A stretch of DNA of 64,000 nucleotides, from positions 2,368,001 through 2,432,000 of the forward strand of contig OZ245015.1 in the NCBI GenBank assembly GCA_965223705.1, written 5' to 3'. The position numbers were made by a program, and so were the translations under genes. Origin of the DNA: Myxococcota bacterium. GTDB lineage: Bacteria; Myxococcota_A; UBA9160; UBA6930. The notes under the pieces are model-generated. The model did not search any database. It worked only from the letters and a program-made list of their open reading frames with translations, and was not told where the DNA came from. This document shows, piece after piece, positions 1 through 9,310 of this stretch. Position 1 is the first letter of the stretch. The number at the start of each line of letters is the position of its first letter.

Positions 1-2
1 AT

Positions 3-368
3 TCGAGTGAGTCCATGCTGTTCTACTACATGGCGGGAAGCCTGCTCGCGACGAGCGCGGCCCTTCCTTGGTTCGACACGCTCCCTGTATGGGAGCACGC
101 GACGGCGTTCCTCGTCACCGCCGTCGCGGGAACGGCCGGCCATTGGTTGATGGCGCAGGCGTTTCGATACGGAGAAGTTTCGTTGCTCGCGCCCTATGAA
201 TACTTCGCGATCATCGCGGCGCTGGCGTTGGGCTACCTCATCTGGGGGGACATCCCGGCCCCGCTCACCCTCGCCGGAACGGGTTTGATCGTCGCGAGCG
301 GCGTCTATTCCGCCCGGGTGGAAGCACGGCGGCCGCTCCTGGCGCAGTCGTTATCTTCGAAGGCGTGA
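3..368 (+). CDS. DMT/EamA family transporter, C-terminal part (5' truncated by window edge)
   Basis: Frame open to the window edge; hydrophobic helices and the EamA-type stretch AQAFRYGEVSLLAPYEYFAIIAALALGYLIWGDIP. Confidence 0.85.
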   Translation, partial: SSESMLFYYMAGSLLATSAALPWFDTLPVWEHATAFLVTAVAGTAGHWLMAQAFRYGEVSLLAPYEYFAIIAALALGYLIWGDIPAPLTLAGTGLIVASGVYSARVEARRPLLAQSLSSKA

Positions 369-2149
369 CTTCCGAACCCGATTGGGACCTGACGCCGTAT
401 TTCTCAGAGCTCGGCGGAGCGGACTATCGAGCGTTCTGGCGAGAGCTTCGCCGAGACCTCGATACGCTGCGCGAGCGGGCCAGCGGACTGGGTGCGATCG
501 CCGAAGACCGCGAGGCGTGGGTCGCGTTCTTGCGCGATTTCGAGGGGGTTTCCGAACGCGGCCAGCACCTAGGCTCCTATCTCTCGTGCTTTACGGCGGC
601 GAATTCCGCGGACGAGGCCGGTCAGCGCGAAGAAGCCTCGTTGGCTGCGCTTCAAGCCTCGCTCCAAAAGCTCTGGATCTTCGTCCGCAGCGCGTTCCGG
701 GCTGCCGATGACGGTGCGTTCCGCGACCTCGTCGAGACGCCCGTGCTCGAACCGGTCCGCTACCTCCTCGACCGAACCCGACGACGCGCCGAGGCGGACA
801 TGCGTCCAGAACTCGAAGAACTGAATGCCGACCTCGCCGTCAATGGAATCGACGCTTGGGGGCGCCTCTACGACCGGATTTCCGGCTCGCTTCGTTTCGA
901 ACTCGAGCGACCCGGCCGACCCGCGGAGAGCCACCCGGTCTCGATGGCGAGAACCTTCCAAGAGGACGCCGACCCCGAAATCAGGCGCGCCGCGATGCGA
1001 GGCAGCGGACGAGCCTGGGAATCGGCGAGCGACTCGGTCGCGGCTTGCCTGAACGCCATCGCGGGCACGCGCCTCACCCTCTACGAGCGGCGGGGGATCG
1101 ATCATTTTCTCGAGCCGGCACTTTTCGACGCGGGCATCGAGCGTGAGACCCTCGATACGATGTGGGCGACCGTGCGCCGCCGGCAGGAGATCCCCCGACG
1201 CTACCTGCGGAAAAAGGCGCAGTTGCTGAGCCTCCCGTGCCTCGGTTTCCAAGATCGCATGGCGCCGGTGGGAAGTCTGGGGAAAGCGCGCATCCCTTGG
1301 GAAGACGCCAAGGCGCAGGTTGCGGGCGCGTTCGGCGCCTCGTATGAGCGCCTGCGCGCCTTTGCCGAGCGCGCTTTCGCACGCCGCTGGATCGACTACC
1401 GCCCCCGCGAAGCGAAACGCCCGGGCGGTTTCTGTTCGAGTTCGAGCCTGCTCGGCGAGTCGCGGATCTTCATGACCTACAACGGCGCGCCGGGTGACGT
1501 ACAAACCCTCGCGCACGAGCTGGGACACGGATTCCACAGCTCACTCATGGGCGATCTGCGCCCGTGGCAGCGCCGCTACCCGATGACGCTCGCCGAGACC
1601 GCCTCGACCTTTGCCGAAAAACTCGTCACCGACGCAGCCTTGGCCGCGCCGAATCTGTCGGACGAGACGCGCCTCGGCCTCATCGATGCGCGACTACAAG
1701 ATGCCGACGCGTTTCTGCTCGATATTCCGATGCGGTTCGACTTCGAGTGCGCACTGTATTCGGCGCGTGCAGAGGGGGAGCTCTCCGTCGGCGAGTTGAA
1801 AGAGCTGATGCTCGAGGCGCAGCGTGCGAACTACGGGGACGCCCTGGATCCGCAACAGCTCGACCCCTGGTTCTGGGCCTCGAAGCTCCACTTCTACATC
1901 ACCGGTCTTTCCTTCTACAATTTTCCGTACACCTTCGGGTACTTGTTCAGCATGGGCCTGTACGCCCGCGCGAAGGCCGAAGGTCCGAGTTTTCTACCGC
2001 GCTACGAGGCGCTCCTCCGAGCGACTGGAAGCGCAGGAGCCGAACGGGTCGCGGCCGATGCGCTCGGCGTCGACCTGCGCGAAGAGGCCTTTTGGGATGC
2101 ATCCATCGACCTCGTCGAGGAGGATCTCGAAGCCTATCTAGCCTGCTGA
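365..2149 (+). CDS. M3 family oligoendopeptidase (PepF-like)
   Basis: HELGH zinc motif, MTLAETAST, KRPGGFC and FYNFPYTFG motifs; GTGA overlap with the upstream stop. Confidence 0.92.
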   Translation: MTSEPDWDLTPYFSELGGADYRAFWRELRRDLDTLRERASGLGAIAEDREAWVAFLRDFEGVSERGQHLGSYLSCFTAANSADEAGQREEASLAALQASLQKLWIFVRSAFRAADDGAFRDLVETPVLEPVRYLLDRTRRRAEADMRPELEELNADLAVNGIDAWGRLYDRISGSLRFELERPGRPAESHPVSMARTFQEDADPEIRRAAMRGSGRAWESASDSVAACLNAIAGTRLTLYERRGIDHFLEPALFDAGIERETLDTMWATVRRRQEIPRRYLRKKAQLLSLPCLGFQDRMAPVGSLGKARIPWEDAKAQVAGAFGASYERLRAFAERAFARRWIDYRPREAKRPGGFCSSSSLLGESRIFMTYNGAPGDVQTLAHELGHGFHSSLMGDLRPWQRRYPMTLAETASTFAEKLVTDAALAAPNLSDETRLGLIDARLQDADAFLLDIPMRFDFECALYSARAEGELSVGELKELMLEAQRANYGDALDPQQLDPWFWASKLHFYITGLSFYNFPYTFGYLFSMGLYARAKAEGPSFLPRYEALLRATGSAGAERVAADALGVDLREEAFWDASIDLVEEDLEAYLAC

Positions 2150-2180
2150 GCGCGGTTTTCGTGCGATACTCGTCGCCGCG

Positions 2181-3038
2181 ATGGAAACTTCCGCGCTGCA
2201 TCCGCGTTTCGCCGCCGAAGTCACGGGCATGACTCTCCACGGCTCGCTCGCGAGCGAGGAGCGGATCGCCCTCGAGCGGGCGCTCGACCGCTACGCGGTC
2301 CTGGTGTTTCGAGATCAGCGCCTGAGCGAAGAGCAGCAGATGGCGCTGACCCGCAGCCTGGGTCCGATCGATATGGGCCTGCTCAAGGTGCTCACGAAGC
2401 ACACGAGTTCGAACCATCCGGGCCTGATCGCCATTTCAAACGTCGACGCTTCGGGCGCGTTGATCGATCGCGAGGACAATCGCCTGATGGCACTTTACGC
2501 GAACCAGCTCTGGCACAGCGACAGCTCTTTCAAGGCGCCTTCGGCGAAGTATTCCCTGCTCCTCGCTCTGACGCTTCCGGCCGCAGGCGGCGAGACCGAG
2601 TTCGCCGATATGCGCGCAGCCTACGACGATCTGACCGAGGAGCGACGAGCCGCCCTGGAAGGCGTCGTGGCGGAGCACTCCGCATTTTATTCGCGCATGC
2701 AGCTCGGGGACGCCCAGTACACGCAGGCGGATCTCGATGCGTATCCGACGGTTAGATGGCCCGTCGTTCGGAAAAACGCGAGCTCTGGGAGGAAATCGTT
2801 GTTCATCGGCGCGCACGCGATGCGCGTCGTCGGTCAACCGATTCCCGAGGGCCGGCTCATGCTTGGGGACCTACTCGAGCACGCGACACAACGCGAGTAC
2901 GTCTACCGCCATGTCTGGAGCGAGGGAGATCTCGTGATCTGGGACAACCGCTCAGTGCTTCACCGGGGCAGGCCATACGATCTCGCAAAGAAGCGTCGAC
3001 TCCGGCGCAGCACCGTTGAAGACGCTGCCCTGGCCTAG
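2181..3038 (+). CDS. TauD/TfdA family Fe(II)/2-oxoglutarate dioxygenase (TfdA-like)
   Basis: NQLWHSDSSF (HxD), GGETEFADMRAAYD and WDNRSVLHRG motifs. Confidence 0.92.
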   Translation: METSALHPRFAAEVTGMTLHGSLASEERIALERALDRYAVLVFRDQRLSEEQQMALTRSLGPIDMGLLKVLTKHTSSNHPGLIAISNVDASGALIDREDNRLMALYANQLWHSDSSFKAPSAKYSLLLALTLPAAGGETEFADMRAAYDDLTEERRAALEGVVAEHSAFYSRMQLGDAQYTQADLDAYPTVRWPVVRKNASSGRKSLFIGAHAMRVVGQPIPEGRLMLGDLLEHATQREYVYRHVWSEGDLVIWDNRSVLHRGRPYDLAKKRRLRRSTVEDAALA

Positions 3039-3093
3039 ATAGCTGGGCTGGGCGTTGCCCCGGCCCGGCTTCGGTCTGTCGCGCGGGTACTTC

Positions 3094-3489
3094 TTAGGGC
3101 TCGCAGAGCACCTCGTTCGCGTGCATCGTATCCAAGTACTCCCGCACTGCTTGGATCTTGCCGTCGCGGACTTCGATCGCGAAGTGGTACTGGTTGTTGT
3201 AGACCCGGCCGTTCGAAATCTCCGCGTGGGAATCGGCTTCCATTGCCACGCGGTCGCCTTCGGCGGTAAAGCTCTTGGGCGTCACTTGAATACCGTTCGG
3301 GGCCATCGGACCTACCTGCGCTAGAAGCTCCGCGAATTCCGATTTCGAGCGAAGGCCGGAAAGCGGAAAATCTCCCGCGACCCACCACGTGGCGTCGTCC
3401 GCCATGAGGGCGAGCGCATCCTCGTACTTGCCCGCGGAAAACGCCTCCCAAAACTTTGTTACGAGCTGCTTGTTGGCTTCGGCACTCAT
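3094..3489 (-). CDS. SnoaL/NTF2-like (ketosteroid isomerase-like) protein
   Basis: 131 aa; ADDATWW, AEGDRVA, YNNQYHF and VREYLDT pattern. Confidence 0.88.
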   Translation of the reverse strand: MSAEANKQLVTKFWEAFSAGKYEDALALMADDATWWVAGDFPLSGLRSKSEFAELLAQVGPMAPNGIQVTPKSFTAEGDRVAMEADSHAEISNGRVYNNQYHFAIEVRDGKIQAVREYLDTMHANEVLCEP

Positions 3490-3527
3490 CGCGATCTCCT
3501 CGTTGTTCCCTCGAGTCTATGAGCTTG

Positions 3528-4295
3528 CTACGGCGATGTCACGGAGCCGCCCGACGTCACGTAGGTCTGGCCTGTGATGAAGCTCGCGGCGTCACTCAGG
3601 AGGAAATGGGTGAGCGCCGCGACGTCTTCGGGCGTGCCCGTCCGGCGCAGGGGCGTGGCTGCGATGATCCGTTGGCGCACCTCGTCGGTCATGTCCTTCG
3701 TCATGTCGGTGTCGATGAGCCCTGGGGCGATGCAGTTGACACGAATTTCGGGCCCCAATGCGGCTGCGCAGTTGCGGGAGAACCCGATGACGGCCGCCTT
3801 CGACGTCCCGTAGGCGATCAGACGATCCGAGCGGATTCGGCTCGGAACGAGGCCTCCGACGGAAGAGATGCAGACGATATTTCCGTAGCCCCGCTCTCGC
3901 ATCCCGTCTTTCGCGCGCCATACGCTGTGGAACGTGCCGTTCAAGTTGACCGAGAGGATTTCGTTCCAGAGGTCGACGGACATATCGACGTCGTCTTGAA
4001 ATGAGGCGATGCCGGCGTTCGCGACGAGCATGTCGACGGGTCCGAGTTCGGCTTCGACCCTGTCGAACATGGCGTCCGTCGCCTCGAAGGAGGAAACGTC
4101 CGCGCGAACGACCAGGCCGCTTACCCCCTCGTCACGCACCCGGGCCAGCGTCTCTTGCGCGGCGTCGTCGCTCGAGGAGTGATTGATGGCGACGTTGGCG
4201 CCCGCTCGGGCCAAGCGCACGCAAATGGCCCGTCCGATGCCGCGGGAACCTCCGGTGACAAGCGCCGTCCGCCCGGAAAAATCCGCCTCCGTCAT
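3528..4295 (-). CDS. SDR oxidoreductase (FabG-like)
   Basis: TGGSRGIG, VANAG and YGTSK motifs; start re-picked at MTEADF, 4 nt after the upstream SDR stop. Confidence 0.9.
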   Translation of the reverse strand: MTEADFSGRTALVTGGSRGIGRAICVRLARAGANVAINHSSSDDAAQETLARVRDEGVSGLVVRADVSSFEATDAMFDRVEAELGPVDMLVANAGIASFQDDVDMSVDLWNEILSVNLNGTFHSVWRAKDGMRERGYGNIVCISSVGGLVPSRIRSDRLIAYGTSKAAVIGFSRNCAAALGPEIRVNCIAPGLIDTDMTKDMTDEVRQRIIAATPLRRTGTPEDVAALTHFLLSDAASFITGQTYVTSGGSVTSP

Positions 4296-4299
4296 GTTG

Positions 4300-5064
4300 C
4301 TAGTGGTTCCACCAGGGCCGATCGGAAAACGCCCGGAGATCCAACTCATGGGTCCACGCCGAGCGGTGTTGCTTCGCGAGGTGCACGTAGGTTTCCGCGA
4401 TTTCCTTGGGTAGCAGCAGTCCGTCGTGCTCCAACCCGCGCGACTTACGGAGCGCCTGGAACTTCTCGGGACCGAGCATCTTGCCCAAGGTGTCGGGGGC
4501 ATCGACGGCGCCGTCCACGATGATGTGCGCGACGTGGATCCCCTTGGGAGAGAACTCCGCGTTCAGCGACTGACAGAGCAACCGCCTGCCGCCCATGGCC
4601 GCCGCGTGAGAGTGCTGGCCCGCGTTCCCCCGTACGGCGGCCGTCGCCGATGTGACGAGGATAGTGCCCTTCCCTCTCTGCTCCATCAGCGGACACACCG
4701 CGGAAGCCAGGCGGAACAGGCCGAAGGTCGCCATCCGCCAGCCCATCTCGAAAGCTTTGTAGGTCGTGTCGGAGAGAGCGCGATCACCGATCTGGGCCCC
4801 GAGGTTGTACACCACGACTTCGATCGGACCGACATTCGCCTCGATGTCGGCTACGCGGTCCTCGATGCTGTTCTCCTCGACCGCGTTGAGCAAAAAACCC
4901 GTCGCCTCGTTGCCGTCACCCTCAATCTCTGAGACCAGTCGATCGAGACCCGGGCGGTCCGTTCGTCGACACAAGCAGGCGTGATAGCCCTCAGCGGCAA
5001 AACGCCTCGCCACCGTTCCACCGATGCCGGCGCCGGCTCCCAGCACCAAACAAACAGAAGTCAT
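4300..5064 (-). CDS. SDR family oxidoreductase (atypical; lacks YxxxK)
   Basis: GAGAGIG Rossmann motif, GIHVAHIIVDGAVD and WTHELDLR motifs of this subfamily. Confidence 0.88.
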   Translation of the reverse strand: MTSVCLVLGAGAGIGGTVARRFAAEGYHACLCRRTDRPGLDRLVSEIEGDGNEATGFLLNAVEENSIEDRVADIEANVGPIEVVVYNLGAQIGDRALSDTTYKAFEMGWRMATFGLFRLASAVCPLMEQRGKGTILVTSATAAVRGNAGQHSHAAAMGGRRLLCQSLNAEFSPKGIHVAHIIVDGAVDAPDTLGKMLGPEKFQALRKSRGLEHDGLLLPKEIAETYVHLAKQHRSAWTHELDLRAFSDRPWWNH

Positions 5065-5172
5065 TGCAGTTCCTCACGAGTCGATGTCGGTCGGGACCTT
5101 GCCAGAACGCTATTTCGACCGCCGGGGCCCATCTTCGCGTAGGCTCTTGGTGCGAGTTCGCGAGGAGGACCT

Positions 5173-6696
5173 ATGGGGGTTCGTACAGGCACAGAATACC
5201 TGACCGGGTTGCGAGACGGTCGAGAGATCTTTGTCGACGGAGAATGTGTTTCCGACGTCGTGGACCATCCCGCATTCTCGCGCGCCGCACACGAGCTCGC
5301 ACGCGTCTACGACTTTCAGCACGAACCCGACTACCGCGAACGCCTGACGTTTGCGTCCCCAGACGACGGATCCCCGGTCAGCGTTTCGTTCCTCATGGCC
5401 ACAACGAGAGAAGAGGTTGAGCGACGCGTGCGCGGTGAGAGCTTGCGCGCAGACCTCACCTACGGGTTGATGGGCCGCCTGCCCGATTACATGAACGCAT
5501 TCGTCACCGATTTCGCTGCGATCGCCGATCTCGTCGGGAAGGCCAGCCCCGAGTACGGCGAAAACGTGCTGCGATACTGGCAGCTCACGCGGGACCGCGA
5601 CCTCGCCCTGACGCACGTTCTCGTCGATCCGCACGTCGACAAGAGCCGGGGCGTCGAAGCCCAGAACGCGATGCGCGTTGTCGAGGAGAGCTCCGAGGGC
5701 CTCATCGTTGCGGGTTGCAAGATGTTGTCGACCCTCGCGCCTCTGTCCGACGAAGTCATGATCGCGCCCTATATGCCGCGCCAGCCCGGCGAAGAGGCCT
5801 ATACGCTGATCGCCTCGATCCCGGTCGCTTCGCCGGGATTGAAGTTCATTTCGAGGCAGTCGTACGACACCGGTGCAAGCCGCTTCGATCGTCCTCTCAG
5901 CTCGCGCTTCGACGAGCAAGACAGTCTGGCGGTCTTCGACCGGGTTTGTGTGCCGTGGGATCGTGTCTTCCTGTATCGCGATATCGAAATCTACAACCTG
6001 ACCTCACCCGCCTACCCCGGCTACCTCCTCCTGCAAGCTGCCGTGAGAGCCACTGCGAAGCTCCAATTCGTCGCCGGGGTGTGCGCCCTTGTGGCCGAAA
6101 CCAACGGCCGCGCCGCGATCAGCCGGTATCAAGAGCTCGTCGGTGAGCTGTTGGGTTTTTTGGAGATCGCCGAAGGTCTCATCGACGCGATCGGCCAGGA
6201 AGTGGTCCGCAACGTCCACAACCCGCTTCTGCCCGGCGCGGCAGAAGCGGAAGAACGCAAGGCCGCTGTTCCAGGACTCGCGACACTGTTCGGAGGCGTG
6301 GGGCGGACCGCTCTCGGAATCACTACGATTCGCCTGTTCTTCCCGATGGTTCACCAGAAGGCGGCCGAAGCCCTCCGACTCATCGGGAGCAGCGGTCTCA
6401 TCATGACGCCAACAGAGGCGGACTTCCGGAACGAGGCGCTCAGGCCGTATCTCGATCGTTATCTGCAAGGGCGCGATGGGCTCGCCGCGAAAGATCGCAC
6501 GCGCGTCTTCAAGCTCGCATGGGATCTGCTGGGAGAAGCGTTCGGGAGTCGCAGCCTTCTCTACGAACATTTCTTCGCCGGCGATCCCATCAACAACCGA
6601 CTCCTCTACTGGAATCTTCCGAAGAAGGCACACGCTCAGGCCATGGCGGAACGTATGCTCGAGGAGATCATCGCTTCGGAGGCCGAAACACCGTGA
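5173..6696 (+). CDS. 4-hydroxyphenylacetate 3-monooxygenase family, oxygenase component (HpaB-like)
   Basis: RTGTEYL..LRDGRE, MGRLPDY, SSRFDEQD and FGSRSLLYE motifs; GAGGAGG SD. Confidence 0.9.
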   Translation: MGVRTGTEYLTGLRDGREIFVDGECVSDVVDHPAFSRAAHELARVYDFQHEPDYRERLTFASPDDGSPVSVSFLMATTREEVERRVRGESLRADLTYGLMGRLPDYMNAFVTDFAAIADLVGKASPEYGENVLRYWQLTRDRDLALTHVLVDPHVDKSRGVEAQNAMRVVEESSEGLIVAGCKMLSTLAPLSDEVMIAPYMPRQPGEEAYTLIASIPVASPGLKFISRQSYDTGASRFDRPLSSRFDEQDSLAVFDRVCVPWDRVFLYRDIEIYNLTSPAYPGYLLLQAAVRATAKLQFVAGVCALVAETNGRAAISRYQELVGELLGFLEIAEGLIDAIGQEVVRNVHNPLLPGAAEAEERKAAVPGLATLFGGVGRTALGITTIRLFFPMVHQKAAEALRLIGSSGLIMTPTEADFRNEALRPYLDRYLQGRDGLAAKDRTRVFKLAWDLLGEAFGSRSLLYEHFFAGDPINNRLLYWNLPKKAHAQAMAERMLEEIIASEAETP

Positions 6697-6730
6697 GCGT
6701 GCGGAGGTATTCGATCGTCGCGGGCGACCT

Positions 6731-7162
6731 CTAGGCCCAGCCTTCCCTGAGCGGCGCGAGAAAAAACATCTCGACGCGTCGGGTCGCGAACTTCCACTCC
6801 CCGCCGACACGCGCGAAGGTGTCGTGGAGCCGCCCCGAGCCGATCATGCTCGTTCCGTCGCGGGTCGCGCGGTTGTCGAGCGCGCACGTCCCGGAAGCGC
6901 GGTCTCCTTCGACTTCGATGATGTGGTTGCTGAAATACGGCTTTACATCGAGCGGCCAAGTGCCGCGGTAAAAGGTCCTGAGTGCATCGTGGCCCTGGAT
7001 CACGCCCCAACCGAGCGAGGAAAAATCGACGGAGCCGTCTTCGGTGAAAAGACTCGCCATATAGTCCTCGTCCTTCGCCTCGATGGCCATCCCGTAGGCG
7101 TGCGTCAGTTCTTTGATTTTCTCTCGATCCCAGAGTTCCTGAACCATCGCTTCGAGTTTCAC
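6731..7162 (-). CDS. SnoaL-like/NTF2 family protein
   Basis: LWDREKIKEL..AY, LFTEDG and GEWKFATR pattern; GTG overlaps the SDR stop (TAGTG). Confidence 0.82.
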   Translation of the reverse strand: MKLEAMVQELWDREKIKELTHAYGMAIEAKDEDYMASLFTEDGSVDFSSLGWGVIQGHDALRTFYRGTWPLDVKPYFSNHIIEVEGDRASGTCALDNRATRDGTSMIGSGRLHDTFARVGGEWKFATRRVEMFFLAPLREGWA

Positions 7163-7908
7163 TAGCGCCCGCCTCCGATGTCGTAGATCACGGTCGTGAC
7201 GTAGGACGCTTCCTCGCCGCACATCCAGACCGCTAGATTCGCGACTTCTTCGGGCTCGCAGATGCGGCGAAGGACCGTCTGCTTCTTCGCGATCTCTTCG
7301 GCCGCTTCGATCCCGATACTGGCTTCGAAGATCTCGGTTCGGGTAACACCGGGCCGTACGCAGGCGACGCGAATGCCCTCCGGCCCGACTTCGCGCGACA
7401 GTCCCAACGTGAAGGAATCGAGGGCTCCCTTGCTCGCTGCGTAAACGACGTCGCCGGGCAATCCACCGTATCGCGCCGCGATCGAGCCGATATTCACAAT
7501 CACACCGCCACGGCCACCGCGGGCGGTCGACATGCGCTTGATGGCTTCCCGCGAGCTCACGAAGACACTGAAGATATTCAGATCGAAGACGCGATGGATT
7601 CTCGCGAGGTCGGCATCCACGATGCTCGTCTCGTAGTCGATCGCCGCGTTGTTTACCAGAGCGGTCACGGGCCCCAACGCCTCATCGGTCTGGCGAAACA
7701 GTTCGACGACGTCTTCCTCGCGACTGACATCGGCCTGCACCGCGATGGCGCGTCGGCCTTTCCGCTGGATCGACTCGACGACCGCGTCGGCGCGATCTTT
7801 TGCGCGGACGTAGTTCACCGCGACGTCGAAGCCGCTCGCTGCGGCTTTTTCGGAAATCGCCGCGCCGATGCCGCGACTACCCCCCGTAACGATCATGACG
7901 CCCGGCAA
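7162..7908 (-). CDS. SDR oxidoreductase
   Basis: TGGSRGIG, VNNA and YAASKGA motifs; TTG start with AGGAG SD. Confidence 0.9.
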   Translation of the reverse strand: MPGVMIVTGGSRGIGAAISEKAAASGFDVAVNYVRAKDRADAVVESIQRKGRRAIAVQADVSREEDVVELFRQTDEALGPVTALVNNAAIDYETSIVDADLARIHRVFDLNIFSVFVSSREAIKRMSTARGGRGGVIVNIGSIAARYGGLPGDVVYAASKGALDSFTLGLSREVGPEGIRVACVRPGVTRTEIFEASIGIEAAEEIAKKQTVLRRICEPEEVANLAVWMCGEEASYVTTVIYDIGGGR

Positions 7909-7917
7909 GTCTTCTCC

Positions 7918-9282
7918 TTAGGACTCTTCGTCCATGATCTCGTCGAGGGTCTCGTGCATCACCTGGATGACCGTGTCGATCTCGTCGCGCTCGATGATGT
8001 AGGGCGGGCAGACGGCGATCCCCGAAACACCTGCAGCCCGCGCCACAACGCCCTTCGTCAACATGCGTCGGTACAGTCGAAGCGGGAGCTTGCGGGCGGG
8101 GTCGAAGGGCTTCCTCGTCTCGCGGCTCTCCACCACGTCGATGGCGGCGATGAGACCCAGGCCCCGGACTTCGCCGACGTGCGGATGATCCGCGAACTCG
8201 GCGCGCAGCCGCGCTTGGAGATACTCGCCGGTCTCGGCCGCCCGTTCTTGCAGCGATTCGTTCTCCATGATGTCGAGGTTCGCGTGTGCTGCCGCCGTGC
8301 TGATGGGGTGGCCGCTGTAGGTTTGCCCGTGGTTGAACTGCGGGATGACGTCGCCCGCTTCCTCGATGACCGACCAGATCTTCTCGGAAACGAGGGACGC
8401 CGAGAGCGGCGCATAGCCGCTGGTCAGCCCTTTCGCGATGGTCACGAGGTCGGGTTCGATGCCGAGCGCCATGCTGCCCCACGGCTTCCCGAGGCGGCCG
8501 AATCCGCAGATGACTTCGTCGGCGATAAACAAGATGTCGTGTCGACGCAGGACTTCTTGCATGGCCGGGAAGTAGCCCTCGGGCGGAACCACGACGCCGC
8601 CGGCGCCCATCACCGGTTCTGCGATGAACGCCGCTACGGTGTCGGCGCCTTCGCGGTGGATGGTTTCTTCGAGCTCGGCCACCAATTGATTGACGAACTC
8701 CCCCTCGCTCATCCCCGGAGGCGCTTCGCGGTAGTAGTGCGGCATGCCGAGGTGCAAGAACCCCGGGAGGGGCAAGTTCATCTTCGCGTGGACCGTGGGC
8801 AGGCCCGTCAGGTTGGACGCCCCAATCGTGATCCCGTGGTAGGCCATGTGCCGGCTCAGGATCTTCGTCTTCTTCGGGCGCCCCAACAGGTTGTTGTAGA
8901 GCCACACGAACTTGATTTGGGTGTCGTTCGCATCGGACCCGGAGAGCCCGAAGAAGACCCGCGCCATCGGCCACGGCATCATCTTCTTGAGCCGATCCGC
9001 CAGCCGGATGGAGGGCTCGTTCGCCATCCCGAAGAATGTGTGGAAGAAGGCCATCTGGCGCGCCTGGTCGGCGATGGCCGACGCGATTTCCTGCCGGCCG
9101 TAACCCACGTCGACGCACCACAACCCCGCGAGGGCATCGATGTATTCGCGACCGTGGATATCGGTCACGCGAACCCCGTGCGCTCCTTTCATCACCAGCG
9201 CTCCGTGCTCCGCGATGTCTTCGAAGTTCGTGTACGGATGAAGGAGGGATTCGAGGTCCATTTCGCGAAGGTCGTCAGCCAT
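7918..9282 (-). CDS. Class III PLP aminotransferase (omega-amino acid/putrescine type)
   Basis: SGSDANDT, AYHG, FIADEVICGFGR, AKGLTSGY and HGQTYSGHP motifs. Confidence 0.93.
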   Translation of the reverse strand: MADDLREMDLESLLHPYTNFEDIAEHGALVMKGAHGVRVTDIHGREYIDALAGLWCVDVGYGRQEIASAIADQARQMAFFHTFFGMANEPSIRLADRLKKMMPWPMARVFFGLSGSDANDTQIKFVWLYNNLLGRPKKTKILSRHMAYHGITIGASNLTGLPTVHAKMNLPLPGFLHLGMPHYYREAPPGMSEGEFVNQLVAELEETIHREGADTVAAFIAEPVMGAGGVVVPPEGYFPAMQEVLRRHDILFIADEVICGFGRLGKPWGSMALGIEPDLVTIAKGLTSGYAPLSASLVSEKIWSVIEEAGDVIPQFNHGQTYSGHPISTAAAHANLDIMENESLQERAAETGEYLQARLRAEFADHPHVGEVRGLGLIAAIDVVESRETRKPFDPARKLPLRLYRRMLTKGVVARAAGVSGIAVCPPYIIERDEIDTVIQVMHETLDEIMDEES

Positions 9283-9310
9283 GGTGTCTCCTGGTTGCCC
9301 TGCGGCTCCG

